From NCBI GenBank assembly GCA_046046455.1, contig JBJOJS010000066.1, forward strand, positions 64,861-128,860: a stretch of DNA of 64,000 bases, given 5' to 3'. The position numbers and the translations under genes are program-made. The stretch comes from Actinomycetota bacterium. GTDB lineage: Bacteria > Actinomycetota > Actinomycetes > S36-B12. Below are positions 1 through 10,040 of the stretch, in pieces; within the stretch, counting starts at the first letter, position 1; each line of letters opens with the position of its first letter. The notes below the pieces were generated by a model. The model had not been told where the DNA came from and made no database searches. It worked only from the letters and a program-made list of their open reading frames with translations.

Positions 1-1040
1 GTGAGTACGCCGTCACCCGTGGTTGCCCGGTCGAGGACGACAACGTGGCCACTCTGCTCACCGCCCAGGGAGTAGCCCTCGGCCCGCATCTCCTCGAGGA
101 CGTAGCGGTCACCGACAGCGGTGGTGACCACCGTGATGCCCTGCTCCTCCATCGCAATGCGGAATCCGAGGTTGGACATCACCGTCGCAACGACGGTGTC
201 TTGGGCGAGGGTGCCGCGATGGCGCATAGCCAGGGCAAGGATCGCGAGGATCTGGTCGCCGTCGATGACATTGCCCTGTGCATCGACCGCCAGGCAGCGG
301 TCCGCATCGCCGTCATGGGCGATGCCGATATCGGCACCGTGCTCGAGGACGGCGGCGATGAGGTCATCGAGGTGCGTGCTGCCGCAGCCCTCGTTGATAT
401 TGAGGCCGTCAGGCGATGCATGGATGGCGACCACGTGCGCACCCGCGCGGCGCATGGCCTCCGGCGAGACCGTCGAGGCGGCGCCGTTGGCGCAGTCGAC
501 GACCACCGCGAGCCCGTCGAGCGGGTTCTGGACGACATCGAGCACATGGTCCAGATAGTCCGAGGAGCCCGAGGGCAACGCGCGGACCCGGCCGACCGCA
601 CCACCGAGTGGCCGGTCCCACGGCTCGTGGAGTCGCGCCTCGATCGCGTCCTCGATGGCATCGGGCAACTTGAAGCCGTGGGCGTCGAAGAACTTGATGC
701 CGTTGTCCGGCATCGCATTGTGCGAAGCCGACAGCATGACCCCGAGGCTTGCCCCGTGGCGCTCGGTGAGATAGGCGATGGCCGGCGTGGGCAGAACCCC
801 TGCGAGGAGGACGTCGACTCCCGCGCTCGCGAGACCGGCTACGACGGCTGCTTCGAGGAACTCACCGCTGGCTCGAGGGTCGCGACCAACGACAGCCGTG
901 GGTCGACCGTCGCCGCCGAGAGCACCGGCCTCGCCGAGGACGTGTGCCGCAGCAGCAGCGAGGGATAGCGCCAGCTCGGCGGTGAGATCGCGATTGGCGA
1001 GCCCCCGCACACCATCGGTGCCGAAGAGGCGACCGCTCAC
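1..1040 (-). CDS. glmM: Phosphoglucosamine mutase GlmM (5' part; 3' end lies beyond the left edge)
   Basis: Missing from the ORF track because it runs off the window edge. Reverse-complement translation from GTG at 1040 gives [27 protein letters not shown]. In frame it continues with [14 protein letters not shown] (phosphoserine loop, about 700-735) and [24 protein letters not shown] (about 20-120). It sits 10 nt downstream of rpsI. Confidence 0.93.
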   Translation of the reverse strand, partial: MSGRLFGTDGVRGLANRDLTAELALSLAAAAAHVLGEAGALGGDGRPTAVVGRDPRASGEFLEAAVVAGLASAGVDVLLAGVLPTPAIAYLTERHGASLGVMLSASHNAMPDNGIKFFDAHGFKLPDAIEDAIEARLHEPWDRPLGGAVGRVRALPSGSSDYLDHVLDVVQNPLDGLAVVVDCANGAASTVSPEAMRRAGAHVVAIHASPDGLNINEGCGSTHLDDLIAAVLEHGADIGIAHDGDADRCLAVDAQGNVIDGDQILAILALAMRHRGTLAQDTVVATVMSNLGFRIAMEEQGITVVTTAVGDRYVLEEMRAEGYSLGGEQSGHVVVLDRATTGDGVL

Positions 1041-1050
1041 GGAGCTCCGA

Positions 1051-1542
<492 letters not shown>

Positions 1543-1574
1543 GGTTCTTCCTTTCGCAGACTGCGCGGTGATCG

Positions 1575-2018
1575 CTACTGCGCGACCTGCGTGATGGTGT
1601 ACGGGGTGGGCTTCTGAGCGGCGTGCGGGTGATCGGGCCCGGCGTACACCTTGAGCTTGCTCAACTGCTGCCGACCGAGCTTGTTGTGCGGGAGCATCCC
1701 CTTGACGGCCTTCTCGATGGCGCGACGGGGGTTGTCCACCATGAGCTCGGAGTAGGACTTCGCCGACAGGCCGCCCGGGTATCCGGAGTGGCGGTAGTCG
1801 CGCTTCTGCTCGAGCTTGCTGCCCGTGAGGACGACCTTGTCGGCGTTGACGATGATGACGAAGTCGCCGGTATCGACATGGGGAGCGAAGACGGGCTTGT
1901 GCTTGCCCCGCAGCAGGGTGGCGGTCTGGCTGGCCAGGCGGCCGAGCACGACGTCGGTGGCATCGATGACGAGCCACTCGCGGGTGACCTCGCCCGGCTT
2001 GGGGGTGTACGTGCGCAC
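1575..2018 (-). CDS. rplM: 50S ribosomal protein L13
   Basis: ORF 1575..2030. The sequence [20 protein letters not shown]... matches L13 N-termini, so GTG at 2018 is preferred; GTG at 2030 is possible. Confidence 0.94.
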   Translation of the reverse strand: MRTYTPKPGEVTREWLVIDATDVVLGRLASQTATLLRGKHKPVFAPHVDTGDFVIIVNADKVVLTGSKLEQKRDYRHSGYPGGLSAKSYSELMVDNPRRAIEKAVKGMLPHNKLGRQQLSKLKVYAGPDHPHAAQKPTPYTITQVAQ

Positions 2019-2140
2019 GTGGACCTTCACTCACTCAGGGGGGTGCCCGTAAGGCGCCCCGGTTGGGCCCGGGGGCGGGCACAACGACCGCCAAGGCTAC
2101 CCGGGATGGCGCAAGGGGGTCAAAACGGGTCCGGGGACCC

Positions 2141-3811
2141 CTAGACGCGAGGCTCGTCGGCCCAGACGGGCTCGGTCGACTCTCGCACCACGCCGTCCGC
2201 GCCCACGACGATGAAGCGGTCGAGGCCACGGGCGAACCACCGATCGTGGGTGACGGCCAGGACGGTCCCGGAGAAGGCGTCAAGGGCTGCCTCGAGCGCC
2301 TCCGCGCTCTCCAGGTCGAGGTTGTCCGTCGGCTCGTCGAGGAGCAGCAGCGTGGCTCCCGAGAGCTCGAGGAGCAGGATCTGGAAGCGCGCCTGCTGTC
2401 CGCCGGACAGTGAAGAGAAGCGCTGCTCCCCCGCGGCCGCGAGGCCGTAGCGGTCGAGGGCGCGCGCCGCCTGCTCGCGCCCCATCCCATCGCGGTGACC
2501 ATCGCCGCGATGCAGGATCTCCAGGAGCGTCCGGTCCTCCAGATCGGGCCGCACATGCGTCTGGGCGAACCACCCGGGACGTACGCGCGAACCGAGACGG
2601 GCGACACCGGTGTGACGTACCGGCGCGATGGGTACGTCGGATACGGGTTGGTGCTCGACATCGGGATCGCTGCCACCCGCGGCCAGGAGACGCAGGAGGT
2701 GGGACTTGCCTGCTCCATTGCGGCCGAGTACGCCGACGCGCTCGCCAAACCACACTTCGAGATCGAAGGGCTGGGTGAGATCGGTGAGCTGGAGCTGCTC
2801 GCACACGACCGCGCGCTTCGCCGTACGCCCACCCTCGAGCCGCATGCGCATGTGCTGTCGCACGGGCACGGCCTGGGGTGGGCCGGCCTCCTCGAACATG
2901 CGCAGGCGCGTCTGGGCCGCCTGGTACCTCGACGCCAGGCCATCGTTGTAGGCGGCCTTCGTCTTGAGCATCTGGACGAGGTCCTTGAGCTTCTGGTGCT
3001 GCTCGTCCCACCGACGGCGTAACTCCTCGAGGCGGCTCATCCGGTCATCGCGGGCCTCGGCGTAGGTGGCGAAACCGCCGCCGTGCGTCCACACCGTGTT
3101 GCCCGCCGCTCCGAGCTCCACGGTGATGATCGTCGTCGCGCAGGCGCGCAGCAGCTCCCGATCGTGGCTGATGAGCAGGATCGTCTTGGGACTGGCCGCG
3201 ATCCGATCCTCGAGCCAGGTCTTGCCGGGTACGTCGAGGTAGTTGTCGGGCTCGTCGAGCAGCAGCACCTCATCGGGACCGCGAAGGAGTGCTTCGAGGA
3301 CGAGCCGTTTCTGCTCACCTCCGGAGAGCGTGTCGACGCGGCGCCACTTGACCTCGTCGTATGCCGATCCCAGGGCCGCCGTGCAGCAGACATCCCACGC
3401 CACCTCGGCGTCGTAGCCCCCGGCATCGGCGAAGTCGGCCAGCGCCTGTGCGTAGCGCATCTGGGTATCGGCGTCCTCCGTCGACATGAGCAGTTCCTCG
3501 ACGAGGTCGACCTCGGCCGCAGCCGTGCGGAGCGCGGGGGGAGACACCGACAGGAGCAGATCGCGCACGGTGCCCTCACGGCCCTGGCCGATGAACTGGC
3601 GCATCACGGCCATGCCCCCGGTCGTGACGATGCTGCCTGACTCCGCGTCGATGTCGCCGGCGATGAGCCTCATGAGGGTGGTCTTGCCCGCACCATTGGC
3701 ACCGACCAGTGCGGCCTTGACCCCTTCGCCGATGCGGAAGCTCACGTCGTCGAGCAGGATCCGCCCGTCGGGCAGGGAATAGCTCACGTGCTGTACGTCG
3801 ATGTGCCCCAT
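2141..3811 (-). CDS. ABC-F family ATPase (two ABC domains, no transmembrane domain; probable translation factor)
   Basis: 556 aa with two Walker A motifs (GANGAGKTT, GRNGAGKSH), two LSGG signature motifs (LSGGEQKR, LSGGQQAR), and an inter-domain linker. The start lies 6 nt after the truA stop. Confidence 0.9.
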   Translation of the reverse strand: MGHIDVQHVSYSLPDGRILLDDVSFRIGEGVKAALVGANGAGKTTLMRLIAGDIDAESGSIVTTGGMAVMRQFIGQGREGTVRDLLLSVSPPALRTAAAEVDLVEELLMSTEDADTQMRYAQALADFADAGGYDAEVAWDVCCTAALGSAYDEVKWRRVDTLSGGEQKRLVLEALLRGPDEVLLLDEPDNYLDVPGKTWLEDRIAASPKTILLISHDRELLRACATTIITVELGAAGNTVWTHGGGFATYAEARDDRMSRLEELRRRWDEQHQKLKDLVQMLKTKAAYNDGLASRYQAAQTRLRMFEEAGPPQAVPVRQHMRMRLEGGRTAKRAVVCEQLQLTDLTQPFDLEVWFGERVGVLGRNGAGKSHLLRLLAAGGSDPDVEHQPVSDVPIAPVRHTGVARLGSRVRPGWFAQTHVRPDLEDRTLLEILHRGDGHRDGMGREQAARALDRYGLAAAGEQRFSSLSGGQQARFQILLLELSGATLLLLDEPTDNLDLESAEALEAALDAFSGTVLAVTHDRWFARGLDRFIVVGADGVVRESTEPVWADEPRV

Positions 3812-3817
3812 GCAGGT

Positions 3818-4624
3818 TCAGCTCCCACGCACGGACCGCGTGACCGTTTGGCGCGCGGCAAGATCGGCATCCTCCGGGTATCGCACTCCCTCGAGCACCA
3901 GGCCGTGCGCAGGCATCACGTGGACGCCGGAGTCGCGGACACCGCGCTCCACCACGTCACCGGGCCAGGTCACCGGCCTACGGCCCTCACCGACGGGGAC
4001 CAGCAGGCCGACAAGCGACCGCACCATCGAGTGGCAGAACGCATCCGCGATCACGTGCATCTCCGCGAGTCCGGTGTCGCCGCGAAGCCACTCCAGCGAG
4101 AGCAGGCGACGGATCGTCGTGCCGCCCTCGCGGGGACGGCACACGGCCGCGAAATCCCGCTCCCCGAGTAGCGAGCCCGCCGACTCATTCATCGCGGCCA
4201 GGTCGAGAGGTCGGGGATGCAGGAGGACCTCACGTCGTCGCAACGGATCCCAGGTTTGGGGGTCGTCGCAGACGGCGTACCGGTAGGACCGGGACAGCGC
4301 CGAGAAGCGCGCGTCGAAACCCTCCGGTGCCACCGAGAGATCGAGGAGCCACGCGTCATCTGGCAGCAGCCCGCGCAGACTGCGCGCAAGCAACGCGAGG
4401 CTGAGGTCATCGGATGGGTCAATGTCGACGTGAGCCACCTGACCGCGCGCGTGCACCCCGGCATCGGTGCGCCCCGCGCAGGTCACCTGCGGCGGCTCCG
4501 GGAGTCGCAGTGCGCGGGCGAGGGCATCCTCGACCGCGCCCTGGACGGTGCGCAGACCCGGCTGGCGGGCCCACCCGGAGAAGTCGGTCCCGTCGTACGC
4601 GAGGTCGAGTCGCAACCGCATCAT
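3818..4624 (-). CDS. truA: tRNA pseudouridine(38-40) synthase TruA
   Basis: 268 aa. MRLRLDLAYDGTDFSGWARQPG...AGRTDAGVHARGQVAHVD contains the catalytic Asp motif. It is in the conserved position after rplQ. Confidence 0.93.
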   Translation of the reverse strand: MMRLRLDLAYDGTDFSGWARQPGLRTVQGAVEDALARALRLPEPPQVTCAGRTDAGVHARGQVAHVDIDPSDDLSLALLARSLRGLLPDDAWLLDLSVAPEGFDARFSALSRSYRYAVCDDPQTWDPLRRREVLLHPRPLDLAAMNESAGSLLGERDFAAVCRPREGGTTIRRLLSLEWLRGDTGLAEMHVIADAFCHSMVRSLVGLLVPVGEGRRPVTWPGDVVERGVRDSGVHVMPAHGLVLEGVRYPEDADLAARQTVTRSVRGS

Positions 4625-4707
4625 GACCCCTCTACACAGCAGGAAGCGCCAGACCGCGAAGGGCGAGGTCTGACGCTCCCTGGCATCACGCGAATCGTGT
4701 CAGCGCG

Positions 4708-5313
4708 TCAGGCCTTGTCGACCTCGGCCGGAGCCGCATCGTCATCAGCCGGAGCCTCATCGGCAACCGCCTCGACGACCTCATCCGCCGTCGCCTCGGG
4801 TGCGACCTCGACGGTCTCCTCGACGACCTCCACGCTCTCCTCAGCGACCGGCGTCTCGACGACAGCGGCAGCTGCTGCTGCAGCGGGCTGTGCAGCAGCC
4901 TTCTCCTTGGCCGCGCGCTTGGTGGCGCCCGTCGCCTCGGCGACAACCTGCTCGGCGAGCGGCTCCACGAGCTCGATCACGGCCATGGGTGCGTTGTCAC
5001 CCTTGCGCGGTCCGACCTTGACGATGCGGGTGTAGCCGCCCTGTCGGGTCTGGTAGCGCGGTCCGATCTCGGTGAAGAGCACGTGCACGACATCCTTGTC
5101 GCGCACCACGGTGAGCACTCGGCGTCGTGCGGCGAGGTCACCGCGCTTCGCGAAGGTGATGAGTCGCTCGGCCAAGGGGCGCAGGCGCTTTGCCTTCGCC
5201 TCGGTGGTCGTGATGCGACCGTGCTCGAAAAGCGCGGTGGCCAGGTTGGCCAGCATCAGGCGCTCGTGCGCCGGTCCGCCACCCAGGCGGGGACCCTTGG
5301 TTGGGGTAGGCAT
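4708..5313 (-). CDS. rplQ: 50S ribosomal protein L17 with Ala/Glu-rich C-terminal extension
   Basis: [46 protein letters not shown]... is the L17 core (about 120 aa), followed by a low-complexity acidic tail of about 80 aa. Confidence 0.96.
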   Translation of the reverse strand: MPTPTKGPRLGGGPAHERLMLANLATALFEHGRITTTEAKAKRLRPLAERLITFAKRGDLAARRRVLTVVRDKDVVHVLFTEIGPRYQTRQGGYTRIVKVGPRKGDNAPMAVIELVEPLAEQVVAEATGATKRAAKEKAAAQPAAAAAAAVVETPVAEESVEVVEETVEVAPEATADEVVEAVADEAPADDDAAPAEVDKA

Positions 5314-5345
5314 GTCATAACTCCTTGTCGCGGGTGGCTGATCGG

Positions 5346-6368
5346 TTAGAGCTGCTCGTCCTCGACGAAGCCGAGGTCGTCGTCGTCATCCTCATCGCTG
5401 AAGTAGACGGCTGCCCCGGGGTCGAATCCGGGCGGGCTGTCCTTGAGTGCGAGGCCGAGGGTGACGAGCTTGACCTTGACCTCGTCGATCGACTTGGCGC
5501 CGAAGTTGCGGATGTCGAGGAGGTCGGCCTCACTGCGGCCGATGAGCTCGCCGACCGTGTGGATCCCCTCGCGCTTGAGGCAGTTGTAGGAGCGGACCGT
5601 GAGGTCGAGCTGCTCGATAGGGGTCGAGAGCTGCTCCGCGACGAAAGCGTCAGCTGGAGACGGACCAATGTCGATGCCCTCAGCGTCGACGTTGAGCTCA
5701 CGAGCCAGGCCGAAGAGCTCCACGAGCGTCTTGCCCGCGGAGGCCACGGCATCGCGGGGAAGCATCGAAGGCTTGGTCTCCACGTCGAGCACGAGCTTGT
5801 CGAAGTCCGTGCGCTGCTCGACGCGGGTCGCCTCGACCTTGTACGTGACCTTGAGGACCGGAGAGTAAATGGAGTCGACGGGGATCCGGCCGATCTCCTG
5901 GCCCGGCTGCTTGTTGAGCGTGGCAGAGACGTAGCCACGACCGCGCTCCACGACGAGCTCCATCTCGAGCTTGCCCTTGTCGTTGAGGGTGGCGATGTGG
6001 AGGTCGGGGTTGTGCACCTCGACGCCGGCCGGCGGGGCGATATCTGCGGCCACGACGGCTCCGGGGCCCTGCTTGCGCAGGTACATCACGACGGGCTCGT
6101 CGTGGTCGGACGAGACGACGAGCTGCTTGATGTTGAGGATCAGCTCGGTCACGTCCTCCTTCACGCCCGGGATGGTGGTGAACTCGTGGAGAACGCCGTC
6201 GATGCGGATGCTCGTGACGGCGGCACCGGGGATCGAGGAGAGCAGGGTGCGGCGCATCGAGTTGCCCAGGGTGTATCCGAACCCCGGCTCGAGGGGTTCG
6301 AGCACGAAGCGAGAACGGAACTCGCTGATGGGCTCCTCGGTGAGGATGGGGCGCTGCGTGATGAGCAC
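5346..6368 (-). CDS. rpoA: DNA-directed RNA polymerase subunit alpha
   Basis: 340 aa. [12 protein letters not shown]...[43 protein letters not shown] is the N-terminal part, with a C-terminal domain containing [17 protein letters not shown]. Confidence 0.98.
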   Translation of the reverse strand: MLITQRPILTEEPISEFRSRFVLEPLEPGFGYTLGNSMRRTLLSSIPGAAVTSIRIDGVLHEFTTIPGVKEDVTELILNIKQLVVSSDHDEPVVMYLRKQGPGAVVAADIAPPAGVEVHNPDLHIATLNDKGKLEMELVVERGRGYVSATLNKQPGQEIGRIPVDSIYSPVLKVTYKVEATRVEQRTDFDKLVLDVETKPSMLPRDAVASAGKTLVELFGLARELNVDAEGIDIGPSPADAFVAEQLSTPIEQLDLTVRSYNCLKREGIHTVGELIGRSEADLLDIRNFGAKSIDEVKVKLVTLGLALKDSPPGFDPGAAVYFSDEDDDDDLGFVEDEQL

Positions 6369-6427
6369 GTGTTGTCCTTTCGGCGACGACCGCTATATGA
6401 CGTCGGGTTCTTGGGGAAGTGGTGCGA

Positions 6428-7054
6428 CTACTTGGAGTAGAGCTCGACGATGAGCTGCTCCTGGACCGGGGTGTCGATGACCTGACGCGACGGCAGCGAA
6501 TGCACGAGGATCCGCATCTGCGACGGGATGACCTCGAGCCACGCGGGCACGGGGCGCTCGCCGATCTCGGCGTGTGCCACCACGAACGGCGTCATCTCGC
6601 GTGAGCCGGGGCGCACCTCGATGATGTCGTTTGCCTGGACGCGGTACGACGGGATGTCGACCTTGTGGCCGTTGACCGTGAAGTGGCCGTGGCTCACCAG
6701 CTGTCGGGCCATGTCACGCGACTTGGCGAAGCCGGCACGGTAGACGACATTGTCGAGTCGCGACTCGAGGATGCGCATGAGGTTGTCGCCGGTCTTGCCG
6801 GTGCGACGGTGCGCCTCCTCGTAGTAGTTGCGGAACTGCTTCTCGAGGACGCCGTAGATCCGGGTGGCCTTCTGCTTCTCGCGCAACTGGAGCAGGTACT
6901 CACTGTCCTTGGAGCGGCCGCGGCCGTGCTGGCCGGGCGGGTAGGGGCGCTTCTCGAAGGGGCACTTCGGGGATTCGCACTTGGAGCCCTTGAGGAAGAG
7001 CTTGGTCTTCTCGCGTCGGCAGCGCTTGCAGTCCGCGTCGGTGTAACGAGCCAT
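6428..7054 (-). CDS. rpsD: 30S ribosomal protein S4
   Basis: 208 aa. [26 protein letters not shown]... matches S4, including the S4 RNA-binding domain. Confidence 0.97.
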   Translation of the reverse strand: MARYTDADCKRCRREKTKLFLKGSKCESPKCPFEKRPYPPGQHGRGRSKDSEYLLQLREKQKATRIYGVLEKQFRNYYEEAHRRTGKTGDNLMRILESRLDNVVYRAGFAKSRDMARQLVSHGHFTVNGHKVDIPSYRVQANDIIEVRPGSREMTPFVVAHAEIGERPVPAWLEVIPSQMRILVHSLPSRQVIDTPVQEQLIVELYSK

Positions 7055-7074
7055 GGTGTGTCAGTTCTCCGTTC

Positions 7075-7482
7075 TCAGACGCGGCGGCGCTTGGGCGGGC
7101 GGCACCCATTGAAGGGGACCGGGGTGACGTCTTGGATGGAGCCCACCTCGAGGCCGGTGGCCTGGAGGGAGCGGATGGCGGTCTCGCGGCCGGAGCCGGG
7201 ACCCTTGACGAACACGTCGACCTTGCGCATGCCGTGCTCCATGGCGCGGCGTGCGGCGGCCTCGGCGGCAAGCTGGGCCGCGAACGGCGTCGACTTGCGG
7301 CTGCCCTTGAAGCCGACCTGACCCGAGCTGGACCAGGCGATGACAGCACCACTGGGGTCGGTGATGGAGACGATCGTGTTGTTGAACGTGCTCTTGATGT
7401 GAGCGTGCCCGTGGGCGATGTTCTTCTTTTCCTTGCGGCGCACCTTCTTGGCGCCCGCCTTTGCTCCGGTCTTGGGAGGCAT
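7075..7482 (-). CDS. rpsK: 30S ribosomal protein S11
   Basis: ORF 7075..7503. Start set at ATG 7482 ([36 protein letters not shown]), preceded by AGGAG. Confidence 0.96.
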   Translation of the reverse strand: MPPKTGAKAGAKKVRRKEKKNIAHGHAHIKSTFNNTIVSITDPSGAVIAWSSSGQVGFKGSRKSTPFAAQLAAEAAARRAMEHGMRKVDVFVKGPGSGRETAIRSLQATGLEVGSIQDVTPVPFNGCRPPKRRRV

Positions 7483-7548
7483 TCCATCTACTCCTGAGGT
7501 CATCGGTCCGCTGGTCGCCGGCGGTCGCCGGGTACGCAGACCCGCGGA

Positions 7549-7929
7549 CTACTTCTTGCCGGCCTTCTTCTTGCCGGCGACGGTCTTGCGGGGGCCCTTG
7601 CGAGTGCGGGCGTTGGTGTGGGTGCGCTGGCCATGCACGGGCAGGCCGCGGCGGTGCCGGATGCCCTGGTAGCAGCCGATCTCGACCTTGCGGCGGATGT
7701 CGGCGGCAACTTCGCGGCGGAGGTCGCCCTCGACGCGGAGGTTGGCCTCGATCCAGTCGCGAAGGGCGACCAGCTGGTCGTCGGTGAGTTCGCGAGCCCT
7801 CAGGTCGGGGCTGATGCCGGTCGCTTCCAGCGCCTCAGCGGCGCGCGAGCGACCGACTCCGTAGATGTAGGTGAGCGCGACGGCCATCCGCTTATCGCGG
7901 GGCAGGTCGACGCCTACGAGACGTGCCAT
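7549..7929 (-). CDS. rpsM: 30S ribosomal protein S13
   Basis: 126 aa. [30 protein letters not shown]... matches S13. Confidence 0.97.
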   Translation of the reverse strand: MARLVGVDLPRDKRMAVALTYIYGVGRSRAAEALEATGISPDLRARELTDDQLVALRDWIEANLRVEGDLRREVAADIRRKVEIGCYQGIRHRRGLPVHGQRTHTNARTRKGPRKTVAGKKKAGKK

Positions 7930-8131
7930 GGGTGTCCTCTTCTTCTCTTCGCGAGAGGTGTGGGTGCGGCACCGGTCCCCTCCACCCGGAGGGGTCCTCG
8001 GCCTCTCGTCCGAGGGTGTCGTCCCACAGCCTGCACGTGCCGGCCGTGGGGGTCGGGTCCCGCGTTCTGCGACCCGGTTGGGTCGCAGTGGGGCGTGGTC
8101 GGGTTGTCTCCCCTCGCACGCGCGACGTGCG

Positions 8132-8245
8132 TCAGCCCTGGCGCTGCTTGTGGCGGACGTTGTCGCAGATGACCATGACCCGACCGTGACGACGGATCAC
8201 CTTGCACTTGTCACAGATCTTCTTGACGCTTGGCTTGACCTTCAC
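8132..8245 (-). CDS. rpmJ: 50S ribosomal protein L36
   Basis: Too short for the ORF track. Manual translation of the minus strand from GTG 8245 gives (M)[36 protein letters not shown] followed by a stop. It lies between infA and rpsM as expected. Confidence 0.95.
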   Translation of the reverse strand: MKVKPSVKKICDKCKVIRRHGRVMVICDNVRHKQRQG

Positions 8246-8285
8246 CGGAATCCCAACTCTCTACCTGACTGCTGTCTGGCTGCTG

Positions 8286-8507
8286 TCACTTGTACCTGTA
8301 GACGATGCGACCCCGAGTCAGGTCGTAGGGCGACAGCTCCACGACGACGCGGTCATCGGGGAGGATTCGGATGTAGTGCATCCGCATCTTCCCGCTGATG
8401 TGAGCCAGGACCTTGTGACCGTTGTCCAGTTCCACTCGAAACATCGCATTGGGCAGGGACTCGGTGATCGTGCCCTCGAGCTCGATCGCGCCGTCCTTCT
8501 TTGCCAT
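8286..8507 (-). CDS. infA: Translation initiation factor IF-1
   Basis: 73 aa. [73 protein letters not shown]. Confidence 0.98.
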   Translation of the reverse strand: MAKKDGAIELEGTITESLPNAMFRVELDNGHKVLAHISGKMRMHYIRILPDDRVVVELSPYDLTRGRIVYRYK

Positions 8508-8689
8508 GCCCTCTGCTCTCCTTCGATCGGTCTCCTCGCACGCTCACAACCCCGCTCCGGAGGGAGGGGGTGCGGACGAACGGGGAGGCCCGATGATCAG
8601 CCCGTCAAGTGTACGCGCGGGCACTCCTACGACCTAATCGGGGTCGATTCGGACCTTTCATCCGCATTCCGGACACGCCGTTCACGGTG

Positions 8690-9475
8690 TCAGAGGCGTA
8701 CGTCGTCGAGGGCCGTGAGCACCCACGGGCCATCCTCGGTAACCGCCACGGTGTGCTCCCAGTGGCTCGCGTGGGAGCCGTCGCTGGCCACGACGGTCCA
8801 GTCGTCGTCCAGGACGTGCACCCCGGGATCGCCGAGGACGATCATGGGCTCGACGGCGAGGGCCATCCCCGGCACCAGGCGTGGACCCTTCCCCGGGCGG
8901 CCGTAGTTGGGCACCGCGGGCTCCATGTGCATGCTGGAGCCGATCCCGTGACCGACGTACTCCTCGATGATGCCGTACTGATCGCCCTGGGCGCGCACGT
9001 AGGACTCGACCGCATGCCCGATGTCGGAGAGGCGATTGCCCGGACGAGCAGCCCTCAGCCCGGCCCACAGTGACTCCTCCGTCACTCGCGAGAGTTCCGC
9101 CAGGTCGGCGGTGACGGTGCCCACGAGGACGGTGAGCGCTGCATCGCCGTGCCAACCGTCGACGATGGCGCCGCAGTCGATGGAGACGACATCGCCGTCC
9201 GCGATCCGCCGGTCCCCGGGGATGCCGTGGACGACCTCGTCATTGACGGAGACGCAGATGTGCGCCGGGAAGCCGTGATAGCCGAGAAACGAGGGGGTGG
9301 CCCCTTGATCCCGGATGGACTGGGCGGCGCACTCGTCCAACTCGGCCGTGGTGACCCCGGGGCCGGTCATCTCGGCCACCCGCTGGAGCGTGCGGGCGAC
9401 GACAAGGCCGGCCGCACGCATGACCTGGAGTTCGTCCGCAGACTTGATCTCGATGCGGTCGCGTGAGCGGAACAT
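8690..9475 (-). CDS. map: Type I methionine aminopeptidase
   Basis: ORF 8690..9688. Start set at ATG 9475 (MFRSRDRIEIKSADELQVMRAAG), 1 nt after the adk stop. Metal-ligand motifs are present (DVVSIDCG, HGIG, EPM, WEHT). Confidence 0.95.
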   Translation of the reverse strand: MFRSRDRIEIKSADELQVMRAAGLVVARTLQRVAEMTGPGVTTAELDECAAQSIRDQGATPSFLGYHGFPAHICVSVNDEVVHGIPGDRRIADGDVVSIDCGAIVDGWHGDAALTVLVGTVTADLAELSRVTEESLWAGLRAARPGNRLSDIGHAVESYVRAQGDQYGIIEEYVGHGIGSSMHMEPAVPNYGRPGKGPRLVPGMALAVEPMIVLGDPGVHVLDDDWTVVASDGSHASHWEHTVAVTEDGPWVLTALDDVRL

Positions 9476-9476
9476 G

Positions 9477-10040
9477 TCAGTCGCGCAGCGCGGAGAGGAT
9501 CCGCTCGGTGACCTCGGCCACGTCGCCCATGCCGTCCACCTGCAGGAGGATCCCCCGCTCGCGGTAGACCGCGATGAGCGGTGCCGTCTGCTCGAAGTAG
9601 ACCTCCAGACGACGTCGAATGACATCGGCGGTGTCGTCTGCGCGCCCCTGCTCCTGTGCCCGCTTGAGCAGACGACCGACGACCTCATCGGTGTCTACCG
9701 TCAACTCGATCACGCGATCGAGGCGGGAGCCATCGGACTCCAGCATCATGTCGAGTTCGGTGACCTGCTCGAGCGTGCGCGGATAGCCGTCGAGCATGAA
9801 GCCCGGACGGCAGTCGTCGTGCGAGATGCGATCACGCACCATGGCGTTGGTGATCGAGTCGGGGACGTACTCACCGGCGTCCATGTAGCGCTGGGCTTCC
9901 TCGCCCAACGGCGTGCCTGCGCTGACATTGGCGCGGAAGATGTCGCCCGTGCTGATGTGAGGGACACCGAGCGCCGAGGCGACGACGACCGCCTGGGTGC
10001 CCTTGCCGGCCCCGGGAGGTCCCATGATGAGGAGCCTCAT
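9477..10040 (-). CDS. adk: Adenylate kinase
   Basis: 187 aa. MRLLIMGPPGAGKGTQA... contains the P-loop, and the fold lacks a lid zinc site. Its start shares one nucleotide (10040) with the secY stop codon. Confidence 0.97.
   Translation of the reverse strand: MRLLIMGPPGAGKGTQAVVVASALGVPHISTGDIFRANVSAGTPLGEEAQRYMDAGEYVPDSITNAMVRDRISHDDCRPGFMLDGYPRTLEQVTELDMMLESDGSRLDRVIELTVDTDEVVGRLLKRAQEQGRADDTADVIRRRLEVYFEQTAPLIAVYRERGILLQVDGMGDVAEVTERILSALRD

Noticed and set aside
45-968. 307-aa plus-strand ORF at the left edge
   Set aside because: It is antisense to glmM, whose minus-strand translation has unmistakable phosphoglucosamine mutase motifs. The plus-strand product has no recognisable features.
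2141-3811. Calling the ABC-F protein an antibiotic-resistance (ARE) determinant
   Set aside because: There is no upstream leader peptide or attenuator (only 6 nt separate it from truA) and the context is housekeeping. Subfamily assignment needs a phylogeny I cannot run, so only the generic ABC-F call is made.
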